From an uncultured Gammaproteobacteria bacterium (lineage in GTDB: Bacteria > Pseudomonadota > Gammaproteobacteria > Methylococcales > Methylomonadaceae): a DNA stretch of 64,000 bases. The stretch lies in the NCBI GenBank assembly GCA_963788135.1, contig CAWBFT010000049.1, positions 318,546 through 382,545 on the forward strand. Reading direction: 5' to 3'. Below, piece by piece: positions 61,821 through 64,000 of the stretch. The position numbers and the translations under genes are program-made. The notes beneath the pieces were generated by a model. The model did not search any database and was not told the DNA's origin. It saw only the letters and a list, made by a program, of their open reading frames with translations. Numbering within the stretch: the stretch's first letter is position 1; each line of letters opens with the position of its first letter.

Positions 61821-62705
61821 CTAACTCATTTTTCTAGATTCTTGAATGGTTTCGTAAGCTTTGCTTATTTTCTGGGTTTTTTCTTTGGCCAACTTCATCA
61901 TTTCTTCCGGTAAGCCTTTAGCCACTAACTTGTCCGGATGGTTCTGGCTCATTAGTCTGCGGTAAGCATTTTTGATGTCGGCATCGCTGGCGGAGGGGTT
62001 AACCCCGAGTACTTCATAGGCATCCTGTAAGCTCGAAGTTTCTCGGCGTCGACGATGCTGACCTTGTTGGCGTTGTTGTCGATAATGTTGGTCATAATTC
62101 CCGGAATAACCGCTAAAGCCTCCATTCTGGAATCGATTTCTCGCTTGCACCATCATTTTCAGGCGCTCGTAATCAAAGGCCGATACATGTAGTCGATTGC
62201 AAATGTGTAGAAGCAATCGGTCTTCGTGAGTGTCGATACTACCGTCAGCCAGTGCCTCTTGAATTTGTATTTCTATAAACATCCGGATTAAATCCGTACG
62301 CCGATGGCATTCGCGGTAAAATTGGGTCAAAGCATCGTCTAGCGGAAAGTCAGGATTTTTACCATGTTGGAAAAGGTTGATCGCGGTTTTACGCACGTCC
62401 CCAGTTATCGACATTTGGTTCATTATGCGGTTCGCCAAGGATATTTCTTCCGGTGAGACTCGTCCATCGGCTTTGGCGATATAGCCCATGACCGAAAATG
62501 TCGCTGTAAAAAACGCCATTTGCACCCGATGTTGATCGCCAGGATTAAACCCGCTGTTATCGAAAGCGCCCTGATTTTCTATTGAAATCTTGCCGACATC
62601 GAATTGATGTCCGATGGATGCGCCAAAAACGGCGCCTAAGGGGCCACCAAGCATAAAGCCGAAAGCACCGCCGACCACTTTACCTAACCAACTCATTAAT
62701 CCCAA
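61821..62705 (-). CDS. djlA: Co-chaperone DjlA (DnaJ-like membrane protein)
   Basis: N-terminal TM segment, TerB-like domain and a C-terminal J-domain with HPD (DAYEVLGVNPSASDADIKNAYRRLMSQNHPDK). Confidence 0.85.
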   Translation of the reverse strand: MGLMSWLGKVVGGAFGFMLGGPLGAVFGASIGHQFDVGKISIENQGAFDNSGFNPGDQHRVQMAFFTATFSVMGYIAKADGRVSPEEISLANRIMNQMSITGDVRKTAINLFQHGKNPDFPLDDALTQFYRECHRRTDLIRMFIEIQIQEALADGSIDTHEDRLLLHICNRLHVSAFDYERLKMMVQARNRFQNGGFSGYSGNYDQHYRQQRQQGQHRRRRETSSLQDAYEVLGVNPSASDADIKNAYRRLMSQNHPDKLVAKGLPEEMMKLAKEKTQKISKAYETIQESRKMS

Positions 62706-62881
62706 ACCTTCTTATAGCTTAAATAATGATAAAATCACGCCGAAAACGGCTGATTGCGGAGTTTTGTTTGTGAGTTTACGAAACCACAATATGACGATAA
62801 TAAAGCTGTTTATCAATATTATTTTGTAATATTTAGTCCGAATATTTTTGAAAGTATCATCTACCGACTATTTGAGGTCTT

Positions 62882-63775
62882 ATGACAGCACCGGCAGCGC
62901 TTTATCAATCTAATTTAAAATCTTTAAAACTTAACACCCGCGGCAAAGTCAGGGATATCTACGACATAGACAGCCAGTCAATGTTAATTGTCGCTACGGA
63001 TAGGTTATCCGCCTTCGATGTCATTTTGCCAGATCCGATCCCTGAAAAAGGCGTGATGTTAACCCGTATTTCTAATTTTTGGTTTAAAAAACTTAACCAT
63101 ATTATCCCTAACCACGTATTAGGTGTTCCATTACCTGAAATTATTCAGGACGAATTGGAGAGAGCCCAAGTGGAGGAGCGCGCTATTGTTGTAAAGAAGT
63201 TGAAGCCTTTGCCGGTTGAAGCGATAGTCCGTGGCTATTTAATCGGTTCCGGCTGGAAAGATTACCTTAATACCGGGATGGTTTGTGGCATTAATTTGCC
63301 CGAAGGCCTAAAACAAGCTCAGCAGTTGCACCAGCCAATTTATACGCCGTCCACCAAAGCGGCCATTCACGACCACGACGAGAACGTCGCTTTTGAAAAA
63401 ACTATTGAACTGATCGGGCAGGATTTGGCAGAAAAAATCCGTAATGCCAGTTTGGAGCTATATAAAGCAGCCGCCAGTTATGCCTTAGAGAGAGGGATCA
63501 TTATCGCAGACACAAAGTTCGAGTTCGGTACTGACGAATCCGGAAAACTTTACTTGATCGATGAAGCCTTAACCCCTGATTCGTCGCGTTTTTGGCCGAA
63601 AGATGAGTATCAGGTAGGAATCAGTCCGCCCAGCTTTGATAAGCAATATGTTCGCGATTATCTGGAAACTCTGGATTGGGACAAAACTGCGCCCGGTCCG
63701 CATTTGCCACAGGAGGTGCTGGAACATTGCGCAGCAAAATACCGGGAAGCAGAAGCCAGGTTAACCGCCGCTTGA
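62882..63775 (+). CDS. purC: Phosphoribosylaminoimidazole-succinocarboxamide synthase
   Basis: 297 aa. SAICAR synthetase motifs ([26 protein letters not shown]). Confidence 0.9.
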   Translation: MTAPAALYQSNLKSLKLNTRGKVRDIYDIDSQSMLIVATDRLSAFDVILPDPIPEKGVMLTRISNFWFKKLNHIIPNHVLGVPLPEIIQDELERAQVEERAIVVKKLKPLPVEAIVRGYLIGSGWKDYLNTGMVCGINLPEGLKQAQQLHQPIYTPSTKAAIHDHDENVAFEKTIELIGQDLAEKIRNASLELYKAAASYALERGIIIADTKFEFGTDESGKLYLIDEALTPDSSRFWPKDEYQVGISPPSFDKQYVRDYLETLDWDKTAPGPHLPQEVLEHCAAKYREAEARLTAA

Positions 63776-63784
63776 GTATTGAAA

Positions 63785-64000
63785 TCAGATAAGCCCATGT
63801 TCAGCAAAAGAATAAGGTTCTCCGTCGCCGATAATGAAATGATCGAGCACGCGAATGTCAAACAGCCCCAATGCTTGTTTAAGCTTTTCGGTGATCGCTC
63901 TGTCTGATTGGCTGGGCTGGCTATTTCCTGAGGGGTGGTTGTGGGCAAAAATCACTGCCGCCGCATTATGCTGTAAGGCTTGTTTTGCGACTTCTCGCGG
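63785..64000 (-). CDS. radC: RadC-family JAMM/MPN domain protein, 3' portion (5' end outside window)
   Basis: Minus-strand reading ...[59 protein letters not shown], stop TGA at 63785-63787. JAMM motif HNHPSG. Confidence 0.75.
   Translation of the reverse strand, partial: PREVAKQALQHNAAAVIFAHNHPSGNSQPSQSDRAITEKLKQALGLFDIRVLDHFIIGDGEPYSFAEHGLI

Noticed and set aside
63658-63948. 96-aa minus-strand ORF at the window end
   Set aside because: The RadC-homologous reading frame (HNHPSG motif) is a different frame on the same strand, so this ORF is its frame-shifted shadow.

Overview
Window from a probable gammaproteobacterial chromosome (judged from CRP-, SpeD-, DjlA-, PriA- and YbhGFSR-like genes). 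1-1.6 kb holds the 3' end of an rRNA operon: partial 23S, 5S, an 8-mer microsatellite and a terminator. A Phd/YefM-VapC toxin-antitoxin pair follows. Next come two efflux systems in tandem on the minus strand, a CecR/YbiH-YbhGFSR-like ABC system with an appended NodT outer-membrane gene, then an MFP-RND-OMP tripartite pump. An electrophile-stress-like cluster (isochorismatase-like, pirin, OYE reductase, divergent LysR) follows. A 1.27 kb ORF-free region precedes a CP-ATP-grasp / Alpha-E / Anbu proteasome-homologue cluster. Housekeeping genes follow (TauE, cca, yajQ, SPOR protein, argS). A tRNA-like element with a defective acceptor stem sits next to a TM-less SPFH protein. A yeaD / gnd-like / zwf / opcA pentose-phosphate cluster is split by an intact IS5-family element flanked by a TTAA duplication. 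priA is preceded by a DnaA-box cluster. From about 43.9 to 55.4 kb lies a low-GC accessory region. It carries the most unusual content: three secreted copper-amine-oxidase (CuAO) homologues. One has N2/N3-like domains only. One has a catalytic domain only, with the TPQ motif lost. One joins a catalytic domain to Ig-like (He_PIG) repeats and proprotein-convertase P-domains, and is split from a downstream ORF by a 1-nt poly-G frameshift. The same region holds nested IS481-like and IS4-like remnants, a multiply frameshifted PD40-repeat secreted-protein pseudogene, an IS982-family element with a T9 frameshift and a PEP-CTERM protein. The 3' end carries DUF47-PiT, an EVE protein, two-component-system remnants, speD, osmC, crp, djlA, purC and a partial radC. 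No CRISPR array was seen.
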